Source of the DNA: Coniocarpon cinnabarinum
Taxonomy: Eukaryota
Assembly (NCBI GenBank): GCA_051942205.1
Contig: JAVECO010000039.1
Span: 1-64,000, forward strand
Length of the DNA stretch: 64,000 nt
Direction: 5' to 3'
The notes under the pieces are model-generated. The model did no database searches, was not told the origin of the DNA, and saw only the letters and a program-made list of their open reading frames with translations. Positions 24,401 through 36,485 of this stretch are shown piece after piece (the first letter of the stretch is position 1; each line of letters starts with the position of its first letter). The position numbers were made by a program, and so were the translations under genes.

Positions 24401-26172
24401 GATGACTGGAGATAGAGGTTACAAAAGAAAGTTTGAATCAATGCCTGTAAAAAGTAAACGTACGAAGGGAATGCGAAAAAGATAGAAAGGGTCCACACTG
24501 GAGATGCGCAGATCAAGGGATTCTTGTGCTGAGATCAGGAATGTCATGGAGCCACAAAGTGGCATAATGAGACGAGTCGTCTGTAATACAAGCCAGTGCT
24601 TTTGTTCAGATGAATTTTGTTGGCTGAAGCTTGTCCAGTCTCCGGCTCTCCAAAAATGCCGAAGGGAGTCGGCTTCCTGTAAATGGCTGCCACTCATCCA
24701 TGGTATCAGGGAACGGATGTCAGGAGACACCAGAAAGAGTAAAATAGGTCTCACTCGAGCGGAACCACAACCCAAAGTAGGCATAATGGCGGTCGCAATG
24801 CTGATGTGCACTTCACCATGTGGCGCAAGGACGTCTAAGAACGTCAGACGAAGTCTCCGCGCCTCTCCCATCCGCGGACCCACTTCTCTCATCCTTGTCG
24901 AGGTTTGACCATGGACGAGTCTCACGAGTAGATCTGGCGAGCTTCCAATGAAATTTGACATGGCTCTTCGTGAAAATACACGGCTGCCTGGCCAGTAGTG
25001 ATACTACTGCACACGGTGAGTTTTGCACTGAGGAACAAGTGCTGTGGTCGCTCGACATGACTTTCGCTGCGATGCATCATTATGGGTAATGTGGTTTTCG
25101 CACTCTGATCCGGATAACATGACCAAGTGCTCCGTAGCGAATTTCAGTGTCTAGATCCTCAAATGCTTTGTAACACTCTTTTGGCCCCAGATTGCCGAAC
25201 TCCGAACCTACCTACCTACCACGTGCTACTTTTCTGGAAATTGAGGAACTTGTTTGCTCAAAAAGCAGCAGGTCGCCATGTTTCACGTGGGAGTTTCAAC
25301 CCACGCGCCATAATCAGGTCCGTCATCATCCAAAGCTGTGATGGGTATGGGGGCACTGCATGAAGACAGTGGATAAATAAATAGGTGGTTGGGATCGGCT
25401 TTCGAGTATCCGGCCTTCCGAAAGTTTGCGCTAGTCCCGTTGCGTGCGGCCTTTCTTCATATTCTATCGTTGTATTTAATCTCATCCAGCCTATGCAGCA
25501 TTATGAGCAGTTTATAATTCCAAGGAATCCCATGTGACTACGGATTTGTACATCCATATGTCGTCTTTGCTAGCCGCACATTTGGATCATTGCCTCATGA
25601 GAGAGATGATTCCTGCCCTGCTCCATGACCCGAAATCATGTTTATCATTGCTGGGGGCGCGCTCTTGACCCATGTATTGCAAATCTGTCGCGCGTTGCGC
25701 GTCAAGGCTTGAAAGGCTGCTTGACGGGCGGTTTTCTGGTTGTGCAAGATCAGGCACTACCATGTGCGAGGGACCTTGGACTCTGCAGACGATAAGTGGG
25801 CCATCACTTTAGATTGCGGTCTCTCGCTATCCTTAACACAAATGCGCTCGGTTATTCGAGGCATTATCGTCGAGTATGACTAAGGTGTATGCGTGGACTG
25901 GGTAGGTGTAGACGGTCAGTCTTGATATAGGTAGCTCAGCATCTAAAGCAGCAATTACCGCCAAATGAAGGGACCGCAGGTCCACCTTCTGCTCCCGTAC
26001 CCAACAACCTCAACTCACTGACGAAGATCGTGGTCTTTTTTTGCCCTTTAGTTTGATACAAATTCTTTCCCTTATTTCTTGTATCTTGCACTCCTGGCCC
26101 TTGTCCCGTGTTTACACCCGTATCAACCTCACTAAGAAGACCTTCCCCTGCCAGATCTTCTGCAGCGTTAAA

Positions 26173-27522
26173 ATGTCGGATCAACACGAGATCGCTGCAG
26201 AAGTGCAGCCACAACAAAAGACAGTGTCTGGGAATCCGCTCCGAATCGAATTCGCAAGACGCGGCACAATAGCCCCTGTCTTTGTTGCTGGCACTTTCAC
26301 CGGCTGGCAACCTGTCGAGTTAACTCAAACTAATCCCAAGCCAGAAGAGACGAAATTCATTCGCGAATTTCAGGAAGTAAAAAATGGAGAACACCAGTAC
26401 AAGTTCAAGTTAGGAACAGGTGACTTGTGGACGACTGATGACAACACTCGGACGAGTAAGAGCAAGTGCTTACACAAATTTTACCAAATGCTAACACTGT
26501 GAACAGCAACAGATGAACATGGAAACAAGAATAATGTTGTGCTCGTCAAGACCGACAAGATGACCACTCCAAGTCCCACAAACATGGGACAGCCAGAAAA
26601 GACCGGCACCGAGCGACCTCAAACACCAACTGCTCCCCATGAACATGAGCCCACCATGACAGCCTCTCCAATGCGAGCCGACTTGGTAGCGAATCCGACC
26701 ACGCCACCAAATCAAGTCGCAAATACGGCTGCCGAAGTCGCTGACACTGCCGCCAAGATCGATCAACCTGCTGCATCCAAGCCTACAGATTCTAGACCTT
26801 CTGAAGTGCCACGACAAGGGGGACCAACAGCAACGCAACTAGAGCAAGCGCTTGCCCGGCAGACGCTGGAGCCGCCTACTACTCCTACGACACGCAGGAA
26901 CGATGCCAAGCAGTCTGATGAATCACTTGCCTCTCCAGGCGTTCCACCTGCTCCAGCAGTGACTCCAGTGGCAACCTCTCCTCCTCTTGCACCAGTGAAG
27001 TCGGATAGCCCTGAGACCGCCTCAACTTCGTCAGTTCCGCCAGTGCCACCAATGCCAGCAACTCCGCCTAGAGGCACCAACTTCGCAAATATTCCAATTA
27101 ATGTGAAGCCCAGCATGCAGGAGGTCGCAGTCGCAAAGGCTTTTCCATCCACACCTCTTCCCCCCTCGACCGCCTCTGGCAATGTCAAAGCCGATGAAAA
27201 GACACCCACTCTCGCGGCGAAGATTGCTCTACCACCTTCGCCGATGATGCAGCCGGACCCAGATGCAAAGCCATCTCAGAAGGATGCCAACCTCTCGGAG
27301 CCTAGCCAGGCCGGCGAGTTTCCGACTGATGAATTCAAGCTCGTCAAGCGACCAACGACTTTCCGTGAGCGTTCAGTAGCTGTTGCGGACACGATTCTTG
27401 CGATTCCGAGTATGATTGCTGCATTCTTCGCAAGCCTTCTGCAGGCTATTATGGATTGGCTCGAGAAGATGGTCACTTCTCGGCGCGATACTCAGCAGGA
27501 AAAGGGCCAAAAGACAGAATGA
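26173..27522 (+). CDS. CBM48/AMPK-beta glycogen-binding-domain protein with Pro/Thr-rich tail (Mdg1/Crp1-like architecture); intron 26456-26506
   Basis: VFVAGTFTGWQP...GEHQYKFKLGTGDLWTTD...TDEHGNKNNV is the characteristic AMPK-CBM pattern. Confidence 0.85.
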
Positions 27523-27888
27523 AGTTGGACTTACGGCTGTTCAGGAGGATAGCCAATATGTGAATTGCTGCTCTTCACGCCAAAACGCTGCTGGAGGAGG
27601 AGCTATAGCAAAGCTAGTAGAATGAAGGACTCTGACGCAAATAGAAATGCGAAGTTTGTAGCAAGATCCTACAAGACTGTATTCGTCATTTGCTACGCAG
27701 GGCGCTTTGCGCAGTCACTGGGAGATATAAATAGGCATAATGATGCTCTCTAGGGCCGGTACACGCGCTCCACGGGCAACTTTTGCAGCACATGCAAAGC
27801 AATCAGCCCTCATAAAATCGCATGCACCCTCTGCAATAATCGCTCATAGCATACTCTTCTCAAGCACATTGGGAAACGTGACCCGTAC

Positions 27889-29200
27889 CTAGTGGTTCAC
27901 CGCTGTGAAACCTCCGCCGCCTTCGCGCTTCCCATGCGCGCTGCCAGGAGCACTGGCGCTTTCTCGATCACGCTCGCGGAGCGAGCCGCTCTCACGACGG
28001 CGCTCACGTGCCATACCACTTGCACTTCGACGACGAGATGCGTGAACGTCGTCTTGGCTTGTGGTGCGGGCTATGTCCATTAGCATCTCATCCTGCATTC
28101 GCCTCGTGTCGACTACTTACCCATTTCAGCCTCTCTTCTCATTCGCTGCTGCCTGTCCCTTTCTCTGGGGTCATCCGTCCGCACGTTATCAGTTACTGGA
28201 TCGCGCCATCCCTCGTCGCCCTTGAACACGTGTCTCAGCCGGACTAGCTGACCCACCTCGTCTCGTTCTTCCCCTAGCACTACGGGTAATCCGTGTATAT
28301 CATACGGACAATACTGTTGCACCTGCACGGCATTCAGCTGGCGCTCCAACGGCATGTGCTCAAAGTCCGCGACGAGATGGTGGCGAGGCTCCACATCTTT
28401 GATGTTCCACGGCGGCTGCTTGGGTCGTCCGTCGATGATAACGACGTTCGTACCGTTTGGCAGATTGTTGATCAGAGGCAGCGACTCATGCGGGGGTATC
28501 TCAGACGGGGCACGGCGGTCTATGTGTCCTGGTGGAGGCTTGTCTTTGAATCCTGGTCCGGCAGCGATGTGAACAGGCGGATGAGGTGGATATCCTGACG
28601 GAATGGCAGAAGGATGGGATATGGGTCCGTTTGGAGCGATGACGTTGCTGCTATTGCTCGGATGGGCTGGGTAGAGGCGCGAAGAAGGGGAGTGGTTGCT
28701 TCGATGTGAGCGATGTGGAGGAGGCGAGCCATTCAGAGTGGGATAGCCAGACTCGAGCGGTGGGGGTGATTGACGACGATTGCGAGGGCGTGGGTGCCGT
28801 TCTTGTGGCTAGGAGAAGGAGGTGTTAGCGCCGAATTGAAACCATTGTCAGAGACAAAGTGACCAGAGTGCGGGTGACTTACAGTCGCCGGCGGGCTTTC
28901 GCTCTCACTTTCTTCGAGGATACCGGGAACATCTTTAAGCTCCCTTTTCTGGACCTTTGCTAGTTTCTCGAGCAGAAGAGCCCGTTCCAGACGCATTTTC
29001 GTAATGGAGCGGTCGATGCGATGTTTGCGCAGGCGTGAGGAGTCATTGGCCGCCTCAACTTCGCGCAGACGCTTCTTCAGGTCTATACATTTCTTGTGAT
29101 AGGCTTTTTCAACCGAGGGTGGCAGGGGCGTGTTGGTCGTCGCTGTGTCCGATTCCCGCATTGTCGAAAAGAAGAAGGATGGCGGCTTGTTCATACGCAA
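27889..29200 (-). CDS. INO80F/Nhp10-like chromatin-remodelling subunit (N-terminal coiled coil); introns 28882-28809 and ~28120-28071
   Basis: PPSVEKAYHKKCIDLKKRLREVEAAND...ITKMRLERALLLEKL coiled coil and C-terminal GGGFTAVNH. The start could be 29200 or 29161. Confidence 0.6.
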
Positions 29201-29512
29201 CTCTATACTTATCAGCGGGGATGTGAGCTGGCAAATATAGAAAATTCCGAGTTAGCTTGGTAACGACACAAGATCTGCGTTAACGTCTGGAAAAGATTCT
29301 CGTAGCACGAGGCATGCGATTCCAGTAGAGGCGGTCCGCAGATGCTTACACTCAATATGGCTAGCCGATCTGGTTTTAGCGTACATGTATACCAGTGTAC
29401 TGCGTCGCGAGTGGGAGGAGCATGCGCCTCTTGTAAGGTTTCGTGCAGGCGATATGATGAATGATCATCTGAGTCTTTCACTTTCAAGATGCTTAAATAA
29501 CATGGTCACCGA

Positions 29513-30571
29513 ATGAACTTTCGGCCTTCATTTTCATATTTTCTTTTCCCCGTTGCTGTAGCACTTCTGTGTTACTTGTTTTTAGCTACCGACAGAGCAG
29601 CACCAAAATCCGTCAATACAAAGGATCTATCGAACCAGTCGACAAATAATATGCTATATGACCAGTTCATACTCTTCGGAGACTCTCTATTCCAGCATTC
29701 GAGCAGTCAAGAACGTGGCTTTGCTCTTGCACCTGCTCTTCAAGCAGGTGTGTGAAACATTTCCTCAGAAGCCTCTTCCATGACACTTCATAAAACGTTG
29801 AGTAGAGTGCACTTCCACTAAGAGCTGCAGAGTATATCAGACGATTAGACGTAGTAAACAGAGGTTTTAGCGGCTACAACACAAACCAAGCTGTGAGCAT
29901 CGTTGACAAAGTTATACCTGATCCTTCAAAAGTCCGCACACGGTTCCTGGTCATATTCTTCGGGGCAAATGATTCCTGCTTGCAGGGTGCTCCAGGAAGT
30001 CAGCATGTCCCCTTGCATGTATATGCCCAGAACCTCGAGAAGATCATAGCTCACGCGCGCGCAAAGCAAGTCGCAAGGATCATTCTCGTGACGCCCCCGC
30101 CGATTAATGAGTACGCCACAGAGGAGAATGATCGTAGTAAGGGCTACACGGAGCCCCGTCGGAAAGCTTCACATACAGTGTTGTATGCAGACGCTGCGCG
30201 TAAAGTTGCACAGGTCCATGATGTGACTATCCTGGATTTAAACGCCCTCTTTCTGCAACATGCTGGTCAGGCAGATGGGGGCCTCGTTCCTGAAGGCTCC
30301 AAAGAGAAGCCGTTGAATTCACAGTTGCGTAGACTTTTGTATGATGGTAATTAGCAAGCCACATATGATGGCATAGACTCATGTTGACACCTGCACAGGC
30401 CTACATTTCACCAGCACGGCCTACATGGTGTTCTTCGAGGAGCTCATGAAAACGATCCAGAAGATGTGGCCAGATCAGACGCCGGAAGCGCTTCCGTTCA
30501 TCTTGCCGGCGTGGAATGATGAAAAATCATGGCCGGCGGAGGTTTATGATGCAGGCGCTGCTACTCCATGA
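29513..30571 (+). CDS. IAH1: SGNH/GDSL hydrolase, isoamyl-acetate-hydrolysing esterase family; introns 29748-29830 and 30347-30398
   Basis: Blocks FGDSL, VNRGFSGYNT, FFGANDS and DGLH (catalytic S/D/H intact). Alternative ATG at 29651. Confidence 0.9.
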
Positions 30572-31324
30572 CTTGCAAGCACATTCTAACATCCGACGCA
30601 GCGCAGAATGAGAAGTATGGAGTTAAAGTGAAATTATGCTTCCGAGAAGGAAGGCAAGCATGCTCCCTCTTGCGGAAAAGCGCTGCTTGGCGTTATCTTC
30701 GATCATACCTACTTCTTCATGTGCTTCCACTTAAGTAACTTCATTGCATCGTCACATATTCATGTTCCGCCACACTCTTCTCATGTTGAGCCAAGCCTGG
30801 AGGACATGAAACCAACCCCCATCTGAATAGCCCCCTCTCTCAGCTGCTCTTTCTGCATCATACACCGCGCTTGAATTGAGCCGTCTACTTTATACCACCT
30901 GTACTTCTCACAAATCGCCATCCTCGTCGCCCGTACTGAAAAGGCCCTGCGGCTACCCCCGGATCGCGACAACCTTGAGCTGTCTTGAAGCAAGGTCATA
31001 GCAAAGGCTACATTTCCAAAGATTTTGGGGACGCGCGAAGAGTTATCTAGTCTTGCACGAGCACGTTCAGCACAGAGAGCAAATATCTTCAAGAGCAACT
31101 TCACGGTCTATTGGAGGGCAAAGCGTTGCGCTCTGGACGCAGTGAAACTGTTTTCAAAAAGACTTGAATCTGGCGCATATTAGCAAAATCAAATTCTGAT
31201 CAGCTGCTATTACAATCAGGGAGGAGCTCCTGCTCACTGCCCTGGGCCGGCCAGGCTGCTCATGACGGGCCTGAGCTTCTTTATGCTTGGTCCTTGGCAC
31301 CGAGCGTGAAAGTGTCGGTGGTGC

Positions 31325-33298
31325 ATGAGTATGGACCCGCAAAGCCTCGCATTCCAGCCATCATCAGACCTGTGGCAGCTTTCAACCATGATGCGAAATG
31401 TGCAAGACGTGCAACAAGACCATGCAGACCGCCTGACCAGGTTGGAGAGAAGGAATGACGAGGAGGCAAGAGTGAAGGCCGTCTGGAACCCATCGTCACC
31501 TTTTCCGGGTGTATTGAGTGGCACCCCTTCCCATGGTATGTTTCCATCCACCTGCTCACTGTCGTTGAGAGCCGTCTGTACTCACAACCCTTCTACAGGA
31601 CCATCAAGACATCAATCGACTGTAGACTTTGCGGGATTCGATGATGACAATTCTGCAAATATGGTGCGAAGCCTACAGCTCGACGCCGATGATGAGCCAC
31701 GTCGCCTGGGCGCTACTTCAAGGGCTAATAGCGTTCGCTTCGACGAGAGCGCAAACCAGGGTCAATGGGCACACGCTTCACGCACTTCAATGGACATATC
31801 ACGTACGTCAACAGGTCTGCCTGGACTTGGCCATCCGTTGTTTGAGCGTACCACGTCACACAAGTCAGATGGAAGACACAGCTCCGCCGGTCAGTCTGCG
31901 CTGTCTGGCAGAGCTAACAGCTTTGGGCAAGACTCTAATGCTGCCCTGTCTACTGCGCCCATGCCTCCGCCAGGTCTAGCACCGGGCTTTTTCATCCTGG
32001 GTTCTGTGCCTTCCATAATTCGATGCTGGTTGACCGCAAATTTCAAGCACGACACCCTGCTCTATGCTGCAGTATGCACAGGCTCATACAAATCGTTCCT
32101 TGACTCTCATCTCATCGAAGATCTTGGGCTGAGTGATCACATTGGCCAAGACATCAACGGTGACTACAAGATCAAGGTCCCCATGTATTTGCCCGAAGCA
32201 ATTCCACATCCTGCGTCTTCGCGGTCCAGCAGCCCAGCGCCACCGTTGCCGACGATTACCGTCGATTTCACTGTCGTAGACTACGGGGAGCAGCACGCCA
32301 CTTCGAAAGCTATTCGAGTGTTCCTGGGAAGCGACTTGCTGCGCGCCCACAATGCTGACGTCCTCTTCTCGACCAATACACTCGCATGCTTCGACGACGA
32401 GCGCACGAAGCTTTCTGTCCCTCTTGTGCGACCGGAGGACGACGCAACCTTCAAGAGCTTGTACATAACGAGCGGCACGCCGGCTCAATTCAGTCTCAGA
32501 TCACCTCACGGCGAAGCTCCCGGCCCACAGATCAAATCACCCAGTGGCAAAGAAGTTCGTAATGGTGACATACATCGATCGAATGCGGAGCCCGAGGGTG
32601 CTTCAAAAGCTATGGATAGTCCTGAGAGTCCCTTGCCTGGCGTTGATGAGGGCAGTGGTGCTAACATGTCTGAACGTTCTACGCCGGATCCAAAAGCAAG
32701 CATGAGAGTGCAGGACCACGATGGGAAACCACCCCTGGGTCGTTTGAGCACTGAGCATAAGTCAGACGAGAAAGAGGTTGGCGAGCCCACTTCATCTACA
32801 ACCTCTGCTTCACGGACTGGCTCTTCGTCGAGCATATGGAACAACAACTGGCGTCGGGATGGTAGCACCAGCACCTCCCAAACCGCTCCGAGTGATTGGG
32901 CTAGTATCTCAAGGACTTCAAGTCGTTCGACATTCTCCGCCCGGACAAATCGAGATAGTGGGATCAAGGTGTTGAAGCCGACCAGGACGCTATCGAGGAC
33001 ATCTAATGTTACTCAGTCGGCGACTGCAGCTTCCCCATCTTCGACGGGACAAAGCCGCTTTTTCGATGACGGCAAGCGGCGCAACGGTGAGGGTGCGCCT
33101 CCTCGATCTGCAACAATGCCCGAACCACCTCCAGACGTGCAAAAGCGAGCTACGTCAATAGATCTGAGCAGTAAAGCGGGCTCCAAGGAAAATCCACCAG
33201 CGACTGGTAACAAGCCTCGCAGTGTCAATCCGATCGGTGGCGCTTCAGCTTTCGGATGGCTCAACTCAGGGCTCAGTTCGGGCGGACAAGAGAAATGA
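31325..33298 (+). CDS. Fungal hypothetical protein with central retropepsin/Ddi1-like segment; probable in-frame intron 31536-31598
   Basis: 657-aa ORF: N-terminal coiled coil, SRANSVRFDESA motif, a globular core (~32000-32470) and a disordered Ser-rich C-terminus. Confidence 0.85.
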   Translation: MSMDPQSLAFQPSSDLWQLSTMMRNVQDVQQDHADRLTRLERRNDEEARVKAVWNPSSPFPGVLSGTPSHGMFPSTCSLSLRAVCTHNPSTGPSRHQSTVDFAGFDDDNSANMVRSLQLDADDEPRRLGATSRANSVRFDESANQGQWAHASRTSMDISRTSTGLPGLGHPLFERTTSHKSDGRHSSAGQSALSGRANSFGQDSNAALSTAPMPPPGLAPGFFILGSVPSIIRCWLTANFKHDTLLYAAVCTGSYKSFLDSHLIEDLGLSDHIGQDINGDYKIKVPMYLPEAIPHPASSRSSSPAPPLPTITVDFTVVDYGEQHATSKAIRVFLGSDLLRAHNADVLFSTNTLACFDDERTKLSVPLVRPEDDATFKSLYITSGTPAQFSLRSPHGEAPGPQIKSPSGKEVRNGDIHRSNAEPEGASKAMDSPESPLPGVDEGSGANMSERSTPDPKASMRVQDHDGKPPLGRLSTEHKSDEKEVGEPTSSTTSASRTGSSSSIWNNNWRRDGSTSTSQTAPSDWASISRTSSRSTFSARTNRDSGIKVLKPTRTLSRTSNVTQSATAASPSSTGQSRFFDDGKRRNGEGAPPRSATMPEPPPDVQKRATSIDLSSKAGSKENPPATGNKPRSVNPIGGASAFGWLNSGLSSGGQEK

Positions 33299-33664
33299 CA
33301 GCGGTTTCAGGAGAGCCTCATAGCCTCTCCAAGTGATGGATCGAAGGTCAAGTCAGCGTCAAAGGAGGGTGTGAAACCAAGCGGCATGAACTTGTGTGAT
33401 TAGAGGCAAGCCAGGCCATCTTGTTAGACCTGGCGTTCGCGTGAAAGCCAACACTGGCTGTGTATGCGTAGAATCTTCAATTTTTGATCATATACATGCG
33501 CTATTTTTACATTTCGCCTGTGGCAAGACTAAGGCTATTGAGTTCGCTATGGTGACTATGCGGCAGGCCGGTACGTTCTTGGCGCTCTATGCATCCATCC
33601 ACCTGTCTCGACCAAAGATACGTGACATCTCGCTCATGATCTTCGCCATACCCCAAAGTCGATA

Positions 33665-34278
33665 ATGGCAGCGCCCGCATCTGTATACAAAGATAGGCAA
33701 TTCCTTGCTGTCATCGGTGACGAGGTACGTCGAGTCACAGCAGCTCCAGCAGACTCGCTTTCAAGACTAATCCGAGGCCTCCGCAGGACTCTGTAACCGG
33801 CCTGCTGCTTGCCGGCATTGGCGTAAGCGCACACGTACTCAGCTGTCGTCAAGTGTGACTGTAGTGCTGACTTGAGATCTGGGCGCAGCACGTAACGCAG
33901 GGTCCTGACGCTCAGAAGAACTACCTCGTTGTCGACGACAAAACGGCAGACGAGACTATTGAGAATACTTTTGACGACTTTACGAAGAACCGCAAGGACA
34001 TCGCGATTGTACTCATCAACCAACATGTACGTGCAAGCTGCTTCATCTTCCTTCCCTCCTCAATCTCAAAATATCGAAAATCTTCAAATTGGAGGAGATA
34101 GTGTCAGAGCGCAGAATGAGGCTGATATAGGTGACAGATTGCAGAACGTATACGCCATCGAGTCGATACCTACACCGACGCCTTCCCTTCGCTTCTGGAG
34201 ATTCCCTCGAAAGATCACCCGTATGACCCTGAGAAGGACAGCGTGTTGAGAAGAGTGCGACGGCTATTTGGCGACTAA
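33665..34278 (+). CDS. VMA7: V-ATPase V1 subunit F; introns 33725-33786, 33823-33888, 34027-34137
   Basis: Spliced [20 protein letters not shown]...[18 protein letters not shown]...[28 protein letters not shown]. Confidence 0.97.
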
Positions 34279-34421
34279 GTCTGAGCAACATCTCCACCAC
34301 ATGCTGCGCCATCCTACTCCCGTACTCAAGATTTCTCTCACACAAAACGATTGCTGCTCAGAACCAGTCCATCTCAAATATCAGCCTAAGAACGACGCAG
34401 ACGTCGTGGGCTTTCCACAGC

Positions 34422-35036
34422 ATGGCCACAGAAACACAACCCTCACCTGTTCAGGACAGCACTACCGAGCCTCTACTGCATCTATACACCGAACCCGAGC
34501 AATCTCATTCCTCAGATACTACGCCAAATCCCAACCCTCTGCCAATTCCAGACACAACTCTGAACACAAATCCGACTACCAATACAGACAATCCCCAACC
34601 AAATCCCAATCCCAATCCCAATCCAGACCCACAGAACCCAGACCCCGATCTCACCTCCACATCCCTGATCAAATACTCAATAGCCCTCTCTCTCTTCACC
34701 GCCCTCTTACCCCTCCACATTTGGGGTGCCTACAACTTCTCCTTCCGCGCACTCCTCTACGGCTACCTCTTCGCGGTCGTCGGCGCCTTCTACGGCATTG
34801 CAGCGATCGTGCTGCTGCTGGGCGTCATGGTACCGCCAATTATGCTGGTGCATTGGGTGTGGGAGGTCTGGAGCGAGGATGTGCCTGTTGATGAGGGGGC
34901 GCCACCTGTGGAGGTTGCAGAGCAAAGGGAGGTGCAGGATGAAGGTGGCGGGGAGGAGGAGGAGTGGGTTGACGAAGAGGTTCTGGAGGAGAGGGACGGG
35001 GAGGAAGAAATGGTGGATGGTGTGGAGGTTAGATAG
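34422..35036 (+). CDS. Hypothetical membrane protein (Asn-Pro repeat N-terminus, 2-3 TM helices, acidic C-terminus)
   Basis: 204-aa ATG ORF with a hydrophobic core (SLIKYSIALSLF...IMLVHWVW) and a hexamer repeat encoding (NP)n. Confidence 0.6.
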   Translation: MATETQPSPVQDSTTEPLLHLYTEPEQSHSSDTTPNPNPLPIPDTTLNTNPTTNTDNPQPNPNPNPNPDPQNPDPDLTSTSLIKYSIALSLFTALLPLHIWGAYNFSFRALLYGYLFAVVGAFYGIAAIVLLLGVMVPPIMLVHWVWEVWSEDVPVDEGAPPVEVAEQREVQDEGGGEEEEWVDEEVLEERDGEEEMVDGVEVR

Positions 35037-35732
35037 GCTGCAACTATGTCTGTCGATGTTCAACTGTATCCTTGACTATTCAATCGTGACTTGATCCGGA
35101 TCGTGCTTCTTGTAAAACACGTGAGCTCTAGGCTGTGAAATCTGCGAAAGGGCCTCGTCGTTCCAGCAGAATCTGATTCATCCAGATTGAGAGCTCAAAA
35201 ATCGTCTTAACGCCGACGGCTTATGACTAAGAGTAAGGAAAGCAGAAGCAGTCCATCTGCTATCTTGCTTTTCTGCTTTCGAGCAGCAGGTCCATAGAAA
35301 CGAAATGTACTTCCAGGCACGCATTCAGTGCTATGTCTGAAACGTACACGTTTTATTAAGATGTGAGGTTGCTGCGACACAGAGCTTCCAACGATTAGGA
35401 ACAGCATTTAAGCAAGTTGGCCATGCTTATTGTTGCAAGCGTTCAAGATGTGCTTAGTCTCCGCGCTACAAGATGCAGTCTCCGGCCAGCTCATCAAGAA
35501 AAGAGCAAAGCAGAGCACAGTGACGACGCGCTTGAAACGACCAGACATGTATCATGACCTTATATGCATACACCTCGAAACACATTCGCAATCAGCTCAA
35601 CGGCCGTGTATTGCTAACATCTGCGCCTTCAACGCCATGCTCTTCACAACTCCCACTTGAACCCCAGCTTCCTGCCAATATCGCCTATCGAAGGCACTGC
35701 GAAGCCACGTCATTACTGAATCTTTGCATTCT

Positions 35733-36485
35733 TCACCAGGGGCCGTTGCCCTCACGTTTGAACTCCACCATTGCGGTTAGGCAGGTGATTTTGGATTTGT
35801 CTGGGTTGTAGACGTCGGCGAGGACGGTGTATTTGCCCTAAAGATGGTTCATCAGCTTATGATTTCTCCAATGAACAGTTGACGCGGTGTCTCTATGGTG
35901 CTGAAATTGTCGCAATAGAGTCTCAGGCATAAACATACCGGTGGAATCTGCTGAGGCAAGTCGACGCTCTTCACGAGCTTCTGGTCACCTTCTTTCAGCG
36001 GGCAGCTCAACTCAACCTTGTCTACGTAGTCGCAGAGGTCCGCTTCTTGGTTGATGAGCTTGATGAGGCCGTATTTGACTTGGAGGTGGACTTTGGCGCC
36101 TTCTTGGACGGCTTCGCGAAGGGTGCCATTTGCGGCGATGGCGAGTGCTTGGCCACTAAGAAGTCATCTGTCAGCACATCGCTGTCTTCCAAACGATTTG
36201 AGCTTAGTCTCAGAGATCGATGGCAACTAAATGCCATTTCAAGATTGGAGATCAAGTGCGGCGGCTAATGTTGAATAGAGGTGTCATCACATACGCTTTT
36301 GGTGGGTTGGGGTCTAAGTCAACATTGTCGATATCCAGCAGATAATTCGAAGGGTCCTCACAGAACTTGAGCGGATTCGAGCCGGGCACGTCAAGTTTGC
36401 TGTCGTCCTGCAGGGCGACTTGCGAGGTGCTGGCAAAGGCCAAGGTGGAGAGAAGGAACGCGGGAAGTAAGCTGGTAAGCTGCAT
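35733..36485 (-). CDS. NPC2: ML-domain sterol/PG-PI transfer protein; introns 36294-36156 and 35938-35838
   Basis: Signal peptide, [39 protein letters not shown] and [17 protein letters not shown]. Confidence 0.94.

Noticed and set aside
25100..25125. CTGATCCGGATAA resembling a TPP riboswitch core
   Set aside because: It lacks the following TGCCAGCG pairing strand and the upstream CTGAGA, and it is not in a thiamine gene.
36156..36294. C/D snoRNA in NPC2 intron 1 (GTGATGA ... CTGA)
   Set aside because: The C box overlaps the splice donor (GTATGT+GATGA), there is no terminal stem, and I recognised no rRNA-complementary guide.
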